Shown one piece after another: positions 45,501 through 56,982 of a stretch of 64,000 nt of DNA; the stretch's first letter is position 1, and every line of letters starts with the position of its first letter. A program made the position numbers and the translations under genes. The notes under the pieces were generated by a model that saw only the letters and a list, made by a program, of their open reading frames with translations, did no database searches and was not told where the DNA came from. Source of the stretch: Sedimentisphaerales bacterium (GTDB taxonomy: Bacteria; Planctomycetota; Phycisphaerae; Sedimentisphaerales; Anaerobacaceae); contig OY970194.1 of assembly GCA_963708075.1 (NCBI GenBank), positions 416,001 through 480,000 of the forward strand, written 5' to 3'.

Positions 45501-45615
45501 TCGAATCTCCGGTCGCGACATGGAGTATTTTGTGCAAGCTTCCGTTGGTGCGGCCACAGTTCGGTTTCCCGCCACGGCCCCCGCGATAGATCAGACTGTT
45601 GTGGTCGTGCCGTAG
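42559..45615 (+). CDS. Secreted glycoside hydrolase-like protein (GH67/GH89/GH115-like N-terminal domain) with an internal malectin domain
   Basis: Signal peptide. LVVGGDSVGTLYGAYRLAEHLGVRF. Malectin-like VPNGTYAVRLQFCE...GKRVFGV...LDIFAAVGKNRA. Confidence 0.72.
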   Translation: MKPKYSVVPLLVVLLSLLFGPNACLAAGPVTIIEPAEPELCEHLAAKEIRRYFYLRTDALVPIASNARRLPSDGDLIIVGHSGRPLIKRAMRNDAQLAGSVASLKPEQYLLKTVSLGNAGGRKALLVVGGDSVGTLYGAYRLAEHLGVRFYLHGDVVPDEKMVLTLPDLEDRGEPLFKTRGIQPFHDFPEGPDWWNTDDYKAIIAQLPKLRMNFIGLHTYPQGGVGPEPTVWIGLKEDVNPDGTVRLSSPSSYQNTLRGNWGYVARKTSDFSFGTAQLFERDDYGPEVMDGAMPWPTTPEDRNTVFNRTGEVLRQAFEYAHTLGVRTCVGTETPLIIPDVVKERIKSMGKDPADPAVVREVYEGMFQRIAKAYPLDYYWFWTPESWTWGNPKDEEIASTVADFKAAMEAVKNVKSPFTLATCGWVLGPPKDRALFDNSLPKDMPMSCINRQVGFTPVEVGFSRVKGRPTWAIPWMEDDPALLIPQLWVGRMRRDAADALAYGCSGLLGIHWRTRILGPNVSALAKAAWEQKPWNPYIGKEVPIPDPKRMEGREGGNVAAFPNNPIADTEQDALYQTVTWDVRAYRLKVPNGTYAVRLQFCEPHYAEVGKRVFGVTLQGRKVIDNLDIFAAVGKNRALDYTFPDEKVSDGMLEILFDSIVEFPCVAAFTVEGPGVTRKINCGGPAVEGYEADMAPSNADGRPRDLPTQDFYRDWAKAEFGEEVAEPIAKLFIILDGGSDMGIGKKRDSYLPRPSTWVDGPGGIQPDPRPWSEVEKEYAFVDDMAALRPKITGAGNLERFDFWLNNFRYLRATGQVNCTWARFNAVMEEVKKESDPGKQKELAREKALPIRRELIRHVGEAHQFLLAAITTTGGMGTVANWQQHLLPNLLIKPGEELAKILGEKLPEDASLPLSYDGPARMIVPTARTSLTAGEDLRLKVIVIGSDTPEKAQVHWRPLGQGEFETIPLQHVARGVYSAQIPANRISGRDMEYFVQASVGAATVRFPATAPAIDQTVVVVP

Positions 45616-45806
45616 ACTGAAACGCTCGGCCGGATACTCCGGGACAATTGGGGGTATTTCGCAAGACCTCCGCTGCAAAGTTGAGGTCCACTGCCTGATT
45701 TGTCTCACTTTCTCACAGTCAAGCCTCTTGAAATCCGATAAGAGAGAACAATGGGGTGTGGTCTGCGTACACGATGCTGCCCGATTCCTCAATTGTCACG
45801 GTGGCT

Positions 45807-47063
45807 ATGGTGAGGCAAAACAACAAGGGGCCCGGAATATTGCTTGGCGGACTGCTCGCGACGATGGCGGCGGCGGCTCTGGTCAATTGCAGGCTGGACG
45901 CACCAAGGCAGGGGTGGAGCCGCCGATGGGGACCCCTCGTGCCGCATACGACATTTCCCGGCGATTGCGGAATCTGCCATGTCACCGACCGATGGGACAT
46001 CCTGCGCAAGGACTTCTCCTTCGATCATGAGAAACAGACGGGGCATCCGCTCAAGGGCGCGCACGCGTGGGCGTCATGCCTGCGATGCCACAACGATCGC
46101 GGCCCGGTGGTATCCTTTGCCGCTCGGGGCTGCGGAGGATGTCACCCTGATCCGCACACCTCGTCTCTGGGCCTGGATTGCGAGCGGTGCCACGAGCAGA
46201 TCAATTGGCGGCCGACTGGACTGATCGCCGAGCATGCCCGGACGCGGTTTCCACTGTTCGGGGCTCACGCGGTGGCGCCCTGTGAGAGCTGTCACCCTGG
46301 AGCCGCTGCCGGCCAATTTCGCGGGGCTCCCGTCGAATGTGACCTGTGCCACCGGGCGGACCTGGCGCGCGCCACCTCGCCGGATCACGCCGCCAGCGGA
46401 TGGACGACGGATTGTCAGCGCTGCCACATGCCGCTCGGCTGGGAGAGGGCATTTGTGCGTCACGACTTCTTCCCGCTCTCAGGTGGGCATGCGGGACTGG
46501 ACTGCATCCGCTGCCATACGAGCGGCGTCCTCGGGCGAATCCCTTCGGACTGCTACTCTTGTCACGCCGCCAACTATCAGACGGCGCCCGGCCATGTGGC
46601 TCAGGGCTTCCCCCATACCTGCGAGCAGTGCCACAGCATCGCCGCCTGGACCCCGGCGCGATACGACCACACGGCGTTTCCCCTGATGGGCGCCCACGCC
46701 GGCCTGGATTGCACTCGTTGTCATACAAACGGCAGGTTCGATCCCCTTCCCTCCAACTGCTATTCGTGTCATGCGACGGACTATCAGGGGGCGCCGGACC
46801 ACACGTCGCTTGGCTTCCCACAGACTTGCCAGCAATGCCACACAACAACCGCGTGGCTCCCGTCCACGTTTCGACATACGTTCCCTCTGTCGGGCTCGCA
46901 CGATCGGTCGTGCGTGGAGTGTCATACCACCGGCAGTACGAGCAGCTTCAGTTGCGTGGGCTGCCACTCGGCGGCCGACACGAACGGGAAACACGCGGAC
47001 GTGTCCGGGTACAGCTACAACTCGCAGGCGTGCTATCAATGTCATCCTACCGGGCAACACTGA
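45807..47063 (+). CDS. Multiheme c-type cytochrome, 16 CxxCH motifs, probable lipoprotein
   Basis: 16 CxxCH motifs counted. Recurring FPLxGxH triheme unit. Hydrophobic leader ending LVNC. Confidence 0.92.
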   Translation: MVRQNNKGPGILLGGLLATMAAAALVNCRLDAPRQGWSRRWGPLVPHTTFPGDCGICHVTDRWDILRKDFSFDHEKQTGHPLKGAHAWASCLRCHNDRGPVVSFAARGCGGCHPDPHTSSLGLDCERCHEQINWRPTGLIAEHARTRFPLFGAHAVAPCESCHPGAAAGQFRGAPVECDLCHRADLARATSPDHAASGWTTDCQRCHMPLGWERAFVRHDFFPLSGGHAGLDCIRCHTSGVLGRIPSDCYSCHAANYQTAPGHVAQGFPHTCEQCHSIAAWTPARYDHTAFPLMGAHAGLDCTRCHTNGRFDPLPSNCYSCHATDYQGAPDHTSLGFPQTCQQCHTTTAWLPSTFRHTFPLSGSHDRSCVECHTTGSTSSFSCVGCHSAADTNGKHADVSGYSYNSQACYQCHPTGQH

Positions 47064-47113
47064 GGCAGGTGTGACCGGCTGCAGCGCGGACTCCATCCGG
47101 CTCCCGGGAATTC

Positions 47114-48796
47114 ATGAAGACAGCAGCAATCAAACATGAATGGCTGGTTCTTGCGGCGGTTGCGGCCTTGTCCGCCGTCGCATCCCGGACCTTTGCGGCG
47201 GAGGCCATGGTGCAAGGGCGGATCACGTTTGAGGCACGGGACAGCGTGTACGTCGATATCGGGACCGAGCAGGGGCTGCGATCGGGGCTGTCGGGCACTC
47301 TTCAGCTTGATGACGGACGGACATTCGGGTTCGAGGTCCTGTCCGCAGAGAAGCAATCGGCCCTGCTGCGCCTGGCGGCGTATCGGGGCGGCGAGAGACT
47401 TGCCGGCGGGATCGTCAGGGTGACCTTTCCGCAAGAGTCGCCCCAGCAGGCCGGGAAAACGCGGGCAAAGCCAAAAGATCCGAATGGATCTTCAGAGTCG
47501 CCAACCGGGTCTGGCCGCCAGGAGGAATTTGTCCCGCTGCTGGCTCCAATGCCGCGAGGGCCGGAGACGCCGAGGCCACGATCCACGTCCCACGGGCGTG
47601 TCCAAATCCGCCAGATGTTCCAGACCGATTCCGAGGGTGACTTGGACTATTCGGTGACCCGCGTCGGTTCCTCCGGCGGCATGGACCGGATTGGCGGCTC
47701 GCCGTGGAACTTCGAGTGGTCGGGCGATATGCGGTACCGCGACGGAGACGCATTCCTTTCTCATCCCGACTACCAGGAGCCGCACTTTGACCTCTACCGT
47801 GCGATGCTCCAGCGGCCCATCGGCGAGGACGGGTTCCTGAGGTTCGGACGGTTCGTGCCGTATGAGTTGCCGGGGATCGGGTTCGTGGATGGCCTGCAGG
47901 GGCAGACACATCAGGGAGAACATGCCCGCATCGGCGTTGTCGGAGGACTCAAGCCGAACCGGGTCGACCTCGATGGATCGGTGGATGAGCCGCTCGTCGT
48001 ACCTTATGCCGCATACGGAACCGGCCCTCGCGACGGGCAGTACTACTCGGGGACGGTTGGACTACTGAACTCGTACTACGACGGCAGCTTCGACCGTCTC
48101 GCGCTGCTGATTGACCAGCGTGCCGGACTGGGGCGGGGCTTCACGCTCTACTCGACGGCGGCCGTGGATTTCGACATTGGGGCGTCGGAGACGCAAATGG
48201 GGACGAGGCTGACGCAATTGAACGTATCTGCCGTCTCCGAGCTTTCCTCGTTCCTGGCGCTTCGGGCCGGCGTGGATCACTGGGAACGGCCGGACCACCA
48301 GGCGGAGCGGGACCTTTTGCCATTCCAGGACGAGCGGTTCTTCGATGATGGGTACTGGCGGTACTGGATCGGCAGCAGCCAGAATCTGCCGGGGCGCCTG
48401 CGGTTCTCTGAGGAGGTGGGATACATCGACTCGGACACGGTCGACGGCGACGTTCGCTGGCAGGTGGGCGTGACCCGCGGCGGGCTTGGCGACTGGCAGG
48501 ATGCCAGTGTGACAGTCGCCGTGTACAACCTGATCGCCTACGAGGACGACGGCTATGGCTGCCGGGTGTCCGCACATCTGCCGCTGAATCAGGGAACGGT
48601 GCTCGTGCAGCCTGCGGCGGGATTCCGCGTGCTCCAGACGGACACACAAGCCGAGGACATCACGCTGAGCTATCTCTCTATCGGTCTCGATGGACGTATC
48701 TCCCGCCAGTGGAGCCTGTTCGGCGGGGCTACGTACTTCGAGGGGGATGATGTGAGATCGACACTGTTTGAATTGGGCGTGCGTTTTGCCTGGTGA
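47114..48796 (+). CDS. Putative outer-membrane beta-barrel (porin-like) protein
   Basis: Signal peptide, amphipathic beta-strand pattern, C-terminal ELGVRFAW. Lies between two cytochrome genes. Confidence 0.75.
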   Translation: MKTAAIKHEWLVLAAVAALSAVASRTFAAEAMVQGRITFEARDSVYVDIGTEQGLRSGLSGTLQLDDGRTFGFEVLSAEKQSALLRLAAYRGGERLAGGIVRVTFPQESPQQAGKTRAKPKDPNGSSESPTGSGRQEEFVPLLAPMPRGPETPRPRSTSHGRVQIRQMFQTDSEGDLDYSVTRVGSSGGMDRIGGSPWNFEWSGDMRYRDGDAFLSHPDYQEPHFDLYRAMLQRPIGEDGFLRFGRFVPYELPGIGFVDGLQGQTHQGEHARIGVVGGLKPNRVDLDGSVDEPLVVPYAAYGTGPRDGQYYSGTVGLLNSYYDGSFDRLALLIDQRAGLGRGFTLYSTAAVDFDIGASETQMGTRLTQLNVSAVSELSSFLALRAGVDHWERPDHQAERDLLPFQDERFFDDGYWRYWIGSSQNLPGRLRFSEEVGYIDSDTVDGDVRWQVGVTRGGLGDWQDASVTVAVYNLIAYEDDGYGCRVSAHLPLNQGTVLVQPAAGFRVLQTDTQAEDITLSYLSIGLDGRISRQWSLFGGATYFEGDDVRSTLFELGVRFAW

Positions 48797-48799
48797 ATT

Positions 48800-49357
48800 A
48801 TGAGTGGCATTCGAAAACGGAGATTGTCTTGTGCGGGGTCGCTCATCATGGTCGTCGTCCTGGTCGTTCTCAGTTGCCGCCTGGGACCACCGAGGCGCGG
48901 CTGGAGCGAGCAGTGGGGCCCGGTTCCACCGCATCGGACATTCCCGGGTGACTGCGGCATTTGCCATGTTGGAGAGGGCTGGGGGGGTGTGCGCCACGAT
49001 CTCTCCTTCGATCACGAAAGAAGGACGGGGTATCGCTTGGAGGAGGCCCATGCGCACGCTGCCTGCCTTCGATGTCACAACGACCGGGGACCAGTCATGG
49101 AGTACGTCGCGCGGGGTTGCAGCGGCTGTCACGGCGACCCGCACGCTTCCACGGTCGGGTCGGATTGCGAGAACTGCCACGGCCAGGGGAACTGGAAGCC
49201 GGTGAAGTCGGCCGTCACGAGCGTCCGGACGCGGTTTCATCTGGTCCCTGCCCATGCGGCACCTTCGTGTGCGACCTGTCATGTCGAGGCGGGTATCGGT
49301 CGGCCGCAGGCAGGTCCCGCTCAGTGCGGGCCCTGTCATCAGGACTCCGCTCAGTAG
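48800..49357 (+). CDS. Multiheme c-type cytochrome, 6 CxxCH motifs, probable lipoprotein
   Basis: CGICH, CLRCH, CSGCH, CENCH, CATCH and CGPCH. Leader ending VLSC. Paralog of the N-terminus of 45807-47063. Confidence 0.88.
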   Translation: MSGIRKRRLSCAGSLIMVVVLVVLSCRLGPPRRGWSEQWGPVPPHRTFPGDCGICHVGEGWGGVRHDLSFDHERRTGYRLEEAHAHAACLRCHNDRGPVMEYVARGCSGCHGDPHASTVGSDCENCHGQGNWKPVKSAVTSVRTRFHLVPAHAAPSCATCHVEAGIGRPQAGPAQCGPCHQDSAQ

Positions 49358-50349
49358 ACGGACCGCAGGCCTTTTTCGCTGACTTTGTTGATGATCTCGT
49401 TGAGGTCTTTGAGCAGCACGTTCAGTTGGAACGTGGTTTCGACGAGGCTTTCGTACAACCGGGCATCAGTGATCAGTCTGCCGGCGGTGCCTTCTCCGGC
49501 GTTGACCTTCTCCCCGGCCAGCCGCAGTTGTGACATGGCCCGGCCGATCTCGGCGCTGGTGTTCACCAGGGACGCCACCAGCCGCTCCGCCTTGTCATCG
49601 ACGCCCTTGAGCGTCTCGGCCCCGGCTGCGGTGAGTTGCCGGAACTCCTCAATCGCCTTGCGGGTGTCCTCCATCGTCTTTGTAGCCTCTTCCATGGCGA
49701 CGGAAAAATCATGAGAGGCGTCGGTGAGATTGGCCAGCGTCGCATGGATGTTCTGCTTGTTGTTGGGGTCCCCGAGGATGTCATTGGCGTTGGCAACGAA
49801 CGTATTGATGCCATCGACGAGCTTGTCGAGCTTCTTCTGACTTGCCTCCGGGAAGAACTCGCTGGTCACGCCTGAGGACCCTTGCAGCTCCATGCCGTTC
49901 ACCAGGAAGCGGGTCTCCGGCCGGTTGGGATCCCTGGGCGGCGCCGGCAACTTGTTGGGATCCACCGCCAACTCTATGTAGCTGCTTCCCAGGCCTCGGG
50001 TCATCAACTTCACTTCCACGTTCGAGGGAATATCCGTGTACCGCTTGTTGATGCTGAGGATGACCCTGGTCTGATGGTACTTGCGTCCGAGGTCGTCGGA
50101 GAGAATGGCGGGGGGCATCACCTGGGTGACCCGGCCGATCTGGTACCCGGCGAATCGCACGGGGGTGTCCTTTTGCACGCCGGGCGCCGTGGGGAACCGC
50201 ACATAGACCTCGAAGGACCGCACCCGACTGATGGCGGTGGGCAGATCCCCGAATTTGAAGACCATCCATCCGAGTGCCGCCAATCCGATGATCACGAAGA
50301 GACCTACGATAACATCGCGCCGCCTTTGCGCGCTTTCGTAATCACTCAC
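49351..50349 (-). CDS. MlaD/MCE family protein
   Basis: VGLFVIIG anchor, PGVQKDTPVRFAGYQIGRV, GLGSSYIEL and GEGTAGRLI. Confidence 0.9.
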   Translation of the reverse strand: MSDYESAQRRRDVIVGLFVIIGLAALGWMVFKFGDLPTAISRVRSFEVYVRFPTAPGVQKDTPVRFAGYQIGRVTQVMPPAILSDDLGRKYHQTRVILSINKRYTDIPSNVEVKLMTRGLGSSYIELAVDPNKLPAPPRDPNRPETRFLVNGMELQGSSGVTSEFFPEASQKKLDKLVDGINTFVANANDILGDPNNKQNIHATLANLTDASHDFSVAMEEATKTMEDTRKAIEEFRQLTAAGAETLKGVDDKAERLVASLVNTSAEIGRAMSQLRLAGEKVNAGEGTAGRLITDARLYESLVETTFQLNVLLKDLNEIINKVSEKGLRSVY

Positions 50350-50470
50350 TGACAACCCTTTCGAATTACCATTTACGAATTACCATTTACGATTTACCTT
50401 TGAGCACGGTCAAACCAAACGACCGGCGCCGCAGGCGTCAAATAGTAAATCGCAAATCGAAAATCGTAAA

Positions 50471-50716
50471 TCATGATCGTCCTTCCATGAACAGCTCACG
50501 AATGGCCCGCAACGGATAGCCGCTCTCGTTGAGCCTCTTGATCAGCCGGATCCGCTCGATGGCCTTCGCGTCGAACACTCGCCGGCCGCTCGATGTTACC
50601 TGGGTCGGCTCCAATAGCCCGACCATAAGGTAATATTGCAGAGACTGCGTCGAAACGCCAGCTTTTTTCGCCGCCTGGCCTATAGGGATTAGCGCGTTTT
50701 CATCGTTCTGGGTCAT
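50471..50716 (-). CDS. MerR-family HTH protein
   Basis: IGQAAKKAGVSTQSLQYY...GRRVF...GYPLRAIRE. Confidence 0.85.
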   Translation of the reverse strand: MTQNDENALIPIGQAAKKAGVSTQSLQYYLMVGLLEPTQVTSSGRRVFDAKAIERIRLIKRLNESGYPLRAIRELFMEGRS

Positions 50717-51128
50717 TCGCAGTCCAATCGTCGCGTTCCGGGGCTGTGCCAAAGAGCGTCGTCAGGAGCGACAGGAACGCCTTTTGGATTCGGTCCAGGG
50801 TCAGTGATTTCAGGACCGCCTGCTCCTCCGGCCGCCTCAACCGGCGAGAAAGGGCCGGCGAGATCATCAGTACGTAATCGAACGACCGCGGGATGCGATC
50901 CTGGCTCTGCCGGAAGGCCTCCCGCAATAGCCGTTTCAGACGGTTCCGGACGACGGCGTTGCCGGCGGATTTGCCAACAGAGATGCCCAGGCGTGGATAA
51001 CCGCAGCCATTTTCGGCGGCATACAGGGTCAGCACGCTGTTGCCTGCCCGTCGGCCCTGGTCCAGGACCGCCTTGAACTGGCGGTTGCTCACAAGCCTTC
51101 GGGTTTTTGGAAAGGCCAATCGTTTCAC
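50700..51128 (-). CDS. rnpA: Ribonuclease P protein component
   Basis: FPKTRRL and RLGISVGKSAGNAVVRNRLKRLLREAFR (RNR motif). AGGAG SD before the GTG. Confidence 0.93.
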   Translation of the reverse strand: MKRLAFPKTRRLVSNRQFKAVLDQGRRAGNSVLTLYAAENGCGYPRLGISVGKSAGNAVVRNRLKRLLREAFRQSQDRIPRSFDYVLMISPALSRRLRRPEEQAVLKSLTLDRIQKAFLSLLTTLFGTAPERDDWTANDPER

Positions 51129-51223
51129 AATTCGCTCCTGGCCTCCACGCCCATTGCCACGAGGGACACACGTGTGAATCAGACCCAACCTGTTTTCATG
51201 GGTCCTGAGGGGCATCCGCGTGC

Positions 51224-51667
51224 TTACGATTTGACCGACTCCCCGATCCTTCGCAGCAGCCGCAGCCGCTCGTTCTCGTGCGAGCGCTCCGTGGCGGATA
51301 TCGCGGCGCTGGGAACATCCCTGGCCGTTCGCTCAATCACAGATTCGAGCCGATCGGGCTTGAGGTCTCGCAGGGCGAGGGCATCGTACGCGACGACCAT
51401 CACCGAATTGGAGGCGATCAGGGCGAACCCGCCGTCAATGAAGAAGGATACCTCTCCCTCGCACGTCCCCTTGTACTGTTCCTCGGACACGGCGTTCACT
51501 CGCATGATGCCCAGTCCGAGCTCGCACAACATGGGCATATGGTTGTACAGGATGCCCATCTGCCCATCGTGGGCAGGAAGGATGACCGACGTGGTCCGGC
51601 AGTCCAACAGCTTGCCCATCGGATCGATCAGGCTGCAGTGGAACGTTTTCAGTTCGGCGTTGTCCAT
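51224..51667 (-). CDS. atpC: ATP synthase F1 epsilon subunit
   Basis: LPAHDGQMGILYNHMP and FFIDGGFA; last gene of the atp operon. Confidence 0.88.
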   Translation of the reverse strand: MDNAELKTFHCSLIDPMGKLLDCRTTSVILPAHDGQMGILYNHMPMLCELGLGIMRVNAVSEEQYKGTCEGEVSFFIDGGFALIASNSVMVVAYDALALRDLKPDRLESVIERTARDVPSAAISATERSHENERLRLLRRIGESVKS

Positions 51668-51677
51668 GACTCGAACG

Positions 51678-53995
<2,318 letters not shown>

Positions 53996-53999
53996 ATCG

Positions 54000-55520
54000 T
54001 CAGGCGTGCGTTTCCTTGTAGCTGGTCTTGAACTCTTCGATGCTCGCGGTGATCTTGCCGGTCAGCTCGTCGTTGAGCTTGCCGGTTTTGTTGATCTCCT
54101 GGATGTGCTCCGGGTGGCGCTCGCGGAGCCATTGCAGCATGTCATGGGCAAAGCCGCTCACCGCCACAACGGGGATATCGTCCAGCAATCCGGAGGCGCC
54201 GGACAGGATCGTGATGACCTGCTCACCCACGGACAACGGCGAGAACTGGGGCTGCTTGAGCAACTCGACCATTCTGCGGCCGCGTTCCAGCCGGTTCTGG
54301 GAGGCGCGGTCCAGCTCGGTGCCCAGCCGGGCAAAGTCCTGTAGCTCGTAGAAGGAGGCCAGGTCAAGCCGGAGCCTGGCAGCTACCTTCTTCATCGCCG
54401 GGACCTGTGCATCGCCGCCGACGCGGCTGACGCTGACGCCGACGTCGATAGCCGGCCGAATGCCCGCGTGGAAGAGGTCCCTTTGCAGGTAGATCTGGCC
54501 GTCGGTGATGGAGATGATGTTCGTCGGGATATAAGCGGAAATCTGCCCCTCCAGCGTCTCGACGATGGGCAGGGCGGTCAATGAGCCGGCGCCGAGTTTC
54601 TCGGACAGCTTGGCGCTGCGTTCGAGCAGTCGGCTGTGCAGATAGAAAATGTCGCCGGGGTATGCCTCTCGTCCGGCGGGCCGGCGAAGCAGCAGGCTCA
54701 ACTGGCGGTATGCGACGGCGTGCTTGCTCAGGTCGTCGTAAATACACAGCGTGTCGCGATTTTTATCGTACATGAAGTGCTCGGCGAGGGCGCAGCCGGC
54801 GTACGGCGCGATGTACTGCATCGGGGCGCTGTCGGCGGCGGCGGCGGCGATCACGATCGTGTACTCCATCGCTCCATGACGCCGCAGGGTATCGATCACT
54901 TCGGCGATCGTGGAGTCCTTCTGGCCGATGGCCACGTAGACGCAGATGACGTTCTGGCCCTTCTGGTTGATGATGGTGTCGAGGGCGATGGCGGTCTTGC
55001 CGGTCTTGCGGTCGCCGATGATGAGCTCGCGCTGCCCCCGGCCGATGGGGATCATGGAGTCGATGCTCTTGAGGCCGGTCTGCAGGGGCTGGCGAACGGG
55101 CTGACGCTGGGCGATATTCGGTGCGTCCGATTCAATCAGCCGGCGGGTCTCCGTCGTGATCGCAGGGCCGCCGTCGAGCGGCTGGCACAGCGGCGTGATG
55201 ACCCGGCCGAGCAGTTCCTCCCCGACGGGCAGGGACATGAGTCGCCCGGTGGCGCGAACGTCCGAGCCCTCCCGGACTTTCGTGTAATCGCCATAGATAA
55301 CGGCGCCGAGGGAGTCTTCCTCCAGGTTGAAGACCTCGCCTATCGTGTCATTCTCGAACAGGAGCATCTCGCTGGCCATCGCGTCCTCCAGGCCGTAGAT
55401 GCGGGCAATGCCGTCGCCCACCTCGACGACCCGCCCCACCTTGGTCACGTCGAGCTTGGACTCGTACTGGCTGATCTCCTGCTTCAGAATGCCCGTGATC
55501 TCACTGATATCGATCTTCAT
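54000..55520 (-). CDS. atpA: ATP synthase F1 alpha subunit
   Basis: [27 protein letters not shown] and [19 protein letters not shown]. Confidence 0.98.
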   Translation of the reverse strand: MKIDISEITGILKQEISQYESKLDVTKVGRVVEVGDGIARIYGLEDAMASEMLLFENDTIGEVFNLEEDSLGAVIYGDYTKVREGSDVRATGRLMSLPVGEELLGRVITPLCQPLDGGPAITTETRRLIESDAPNIAQRQPVRQPLQTGLKSIDSMIPIGRGQRELIIGDRKTGKTAIALDTIINQKGQNVICVYVAIGQKDSTIAEVIDTLRRHGAMEYTIVIAAAAADSAPMQYIAPYAGCALAEHFMYDKNRDTLCIYDDLSKHAVAYRQLSLLLRRPAGREAYPGDIFYLHSRLLERSAKLSEKLGAGSLTALPIVETLEGQISAYIPTNIISITDGQIYLQRDLFHAGIRPAIDVGVSVSRVGGDAQVPAMKKVAARLRLDLASFYELQDFARLGTELDRASQNRLERGRRMVELLKQPQFSPLSVGEQVITILSGASGLLDDIPVVAVSGFAHDMLQWLRERHPEHIQEINKTGKLNDELTGKITASIEEFKTSYKETHA

Positions 55521-55524
55521 AGGT

Positions 55525-56088
55525 CTATTTTTGCCTCTTTTGTAGGTTCAGCAACTGGTTGACGGTGCGGGTCAGCCTGCCCTTGACGGAGTTGTCGACC
55601 ATTTTGTCGCCGTAACGGATGATCAGGCCCCCAAGGATGGCTCCGTCTATATGTACATCCAGGTCGATCTTCACGTTCATCGCCTCGGCCAGATCCTTCG
55701 AGAGCTTCTCCATCTCTTCCTTGCTCAGGGGCTGCGCCACGGTCACGTCCACGGGCTGATATCCCTGGTACAGGCGGTAGAACTGCCTGTATCGCCCGAT
55801 GATCGCGGGCAGGAACCGGCCGCGATTGTGGTCGATCATGACGGACAGGAAGTTGAGCGTCAGGCTCTCCAGTTTCCCTGTGAAGACCTGTCGGATCAGG
55901 TCCCGCTTGGTCTTCTCGTCGAAGTACGGGGAGGCCAGAAAGGCCTCGAAATCAGGGTTCTGCGTCAGCAGCGTTGAGATCGTATCGAAGTCGGCCGCCA
56001 CGGCCTCGACCAGTTGTCCTTGCTTGGCCAGGTCCATCAGGCTCCGGGCGTAAATGTCGGCGAGATGGGCGGCCGTCCCCGTGCTCAT
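55525..56088 (-). CDS. atpH: ATP synthase F1 delta subunit
   Basis: YARSLMDLA and [18 protein letters not shown]. Confidence 0.93.
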   Translation of the reverse strand: MSTGTAAHLADIYARSLMDLAKQGQLVEAVAADFDTISTLLTQNPDFEAFLASPYFDEKTKRDLIRQVFTGKLESLTLNFLSVMIDHNRGRFLPAIIGRYRQFYRLYQGYQPVDVTVAQPLSKEEMEKLSKDLAEAMNVKIDLDVHIDGAILGGLIIRYGDKMVDNSVKGRLTRTVNQLLNLQKRQK

Positions 56089-56673
56089 TGCGAGCCTCCG
56101 GTCTGCCTGACCTTCTCCACGGCCTCGTTCGCAAGCTGCTGGTTATCCGTGCCGGTCAGTGTGCGCCCGAGCACCTCGCTGCCCACACGAAGGACGATGT
56201 CACCCGCCTGTTTCCAGAGGTCCTCCACGGCCGCCGCACGCGCGCTCTCGATCTCCTCCTGGGCGCGGTGCCGTATGGCCAGGACCTCCTGGCGGGTCTT
56301 CTCCGCCATCTCCTGCTGATGCCGCTGGGCCTGCTCCGCCGCTTGCCGGATGATGCCCAAGCCCTGTTGCTTGTAGTCGTCCAGCATCTTCTCGGCGCAG
56401 GCGCGAATCTTCGGCCGTTCGCAACTGGTGCTCGATGTGGGTCTGCCGCGCAATGAGGGAGTTGAGCAGCGGCTTCCACGCGAACTTGCCCAGGACCAGC
56501 AGCAGGGCCACGAAGGCGAGGACCGTCCACAACGAATCGCCAAAGGTGCCGCTGAAGAGTCCGCCACTGGAAGCTTCCGCCTCCGCTTCGGCCTCTGCAC
56601 CATGACCCGCCAGTGCGATGCCGCCGGCCAGGAGGATCAGGACAAGGGCACAAGGTAGTGCATATTTAGCCAT
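56085..56673 (-). CDS. atpF: ATP synthase Fo b subunit; one frameshift near 56395
   Basis: WTVLAFVALLLVLGKFAWKPLL...RQTHI in one frame continues AEKMLDDYKQ...AQEEIE in another. Confidence 0.9.
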
Positions 56674-56685
56674 AGGAATCCGCGA

Positions 56686-56961
56686 TTATTTCAGCCAGAA
56701 AACGGCCAGGAAGCAGATCAGCAACGCAAAGAAGGTCACGCCTTCGATGAGCGCGGCGGCAATAATCATGGCGGAGAAAATCCGGCCGCCCGCCTCCGGC
56801 TGTCGCGCGATCGAGTCCACGGCCCGGCCGCCGATGAGCGAAATGCCCATTGCAGCGCCGACGATCACTATGCTGCAGGCAATCACTGCGCCGAAGACCG
56901 CCAACTGCGAGTTCCCGGCGCCGCCCGCGGCGGCTAGAACAGATGAGGTCAAGTAGTCCAT
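56686..56961 (-). CDS. atpE: ATP synthase Fo c subunit
   Basis: IARQPEA loop and AAALIEGVTFFAL. Confidence 0.95.
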   Translation of the reverse strand: MDYLTSSVLAAAGGAGNSQLAVFGAVIACSIVIVGAAMGISLIGGRAVDSIARQPEAGGRIFSAMIIAAALIEGVTFFALLICFLAVFWLK

Positions 56962-56982
56962 TTCCAAGTCTCCAAAAAGATG

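Noticed and set aside
56085..56673. atpF pseudogene or programmed frameshift
   Set aside because: No slippery site, the rest of the operon is intact, and similar indels occur throughout the window; most likely a sequencing error.
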